NCBI GenBank assembly: GCA_964035545.1
Contig: OZ037771.1
Coordinates: forward strand, 10,668,480-10,732,479
From: Bugula neritina
Lineage: Eukaryota; Animalia; Bryozoa
Length of the DNA: 64,000 bases
Reading direction: 5' to 3'
The notes beneath the pieces were generated by a model, which worked only from the letters and a program-made list of their open reading frames with translations, was not told the DNA's origin and ran no database searches. The position numbers and the translations under genes were made by a program. Positions 63,781 to 64,000 of the stretch are shown piece after piece; positions within the stretch are counted from its first letter, which is position 1; every line of letters starts with the position of its first letter.

Positions 63781-64000
63781 CTAAGAGCTACAGTGTATAA
63801 CTTATATCATGTAATACAACTTAATACAATTCAATATTATAAGAAACCCTTTGAGTATCTGGAAAAGTTTGCTCGCCACTTCACTTCAAATATTTTATTC
63901 GCATAGTCGAAGCATAACAAATTATTTTAACCAAATAACTTGCAATCAAGTAAAATTAGTTTCGAATAGTTATTCACATCAGTGCTGGACTTTATTAACT

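Overview
AT-rich, intron-containing animal (invertebrate-type) genomic DNA, not prokaryotic. Most of the left half (1601-35470) is a minus-strand SAMHD1-like HD-domain dNTPase gene with 8 coding exons, no SAM domain and a 3' end outside the window. Its introns carry nested mobile DNA. One insert is a deleted Polinton/Maverick (6425-20303; ~430-bp TIRs, 6-bp TSD, major capsid and adenain-protease remnants). That element is interrupted by a very young Ty3/Gypsy element (9974-18176), which in turn holds a TA-MITE. A second full-length Gypsy (24857-34587, holding a hAT element), a Penelope fragment with a hammerhead-like motif, and a long foldback repeat are also intronic. Both full-length Gypsy elements have a tRNA-Leu PBS, an ATAT target duplication, a covarying -1 frameshift hairpin, and a third ORF in the env position. 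That ORF encodes a C2H2 zinc-finger/basic/coiled-coil protein rather than an envelope, and is the best candidate for an undescribed system. The right half has a third, decayed Gypsy and two inverted orphan SAMHD1 exons. It also has unexplained plus-strand exons, a 12-exon clan-3 cytochrome P450 with one in-frame TAG in the I-helix, a remnant of a tandem P450 paralog, and the first exons of a probable secreted-protein gene. Two intronic minisatellites in unrelated genes are built from U1-complementary 5' splice-site motifs. All calls are by-eye reading and hand translation; no database searches were run.
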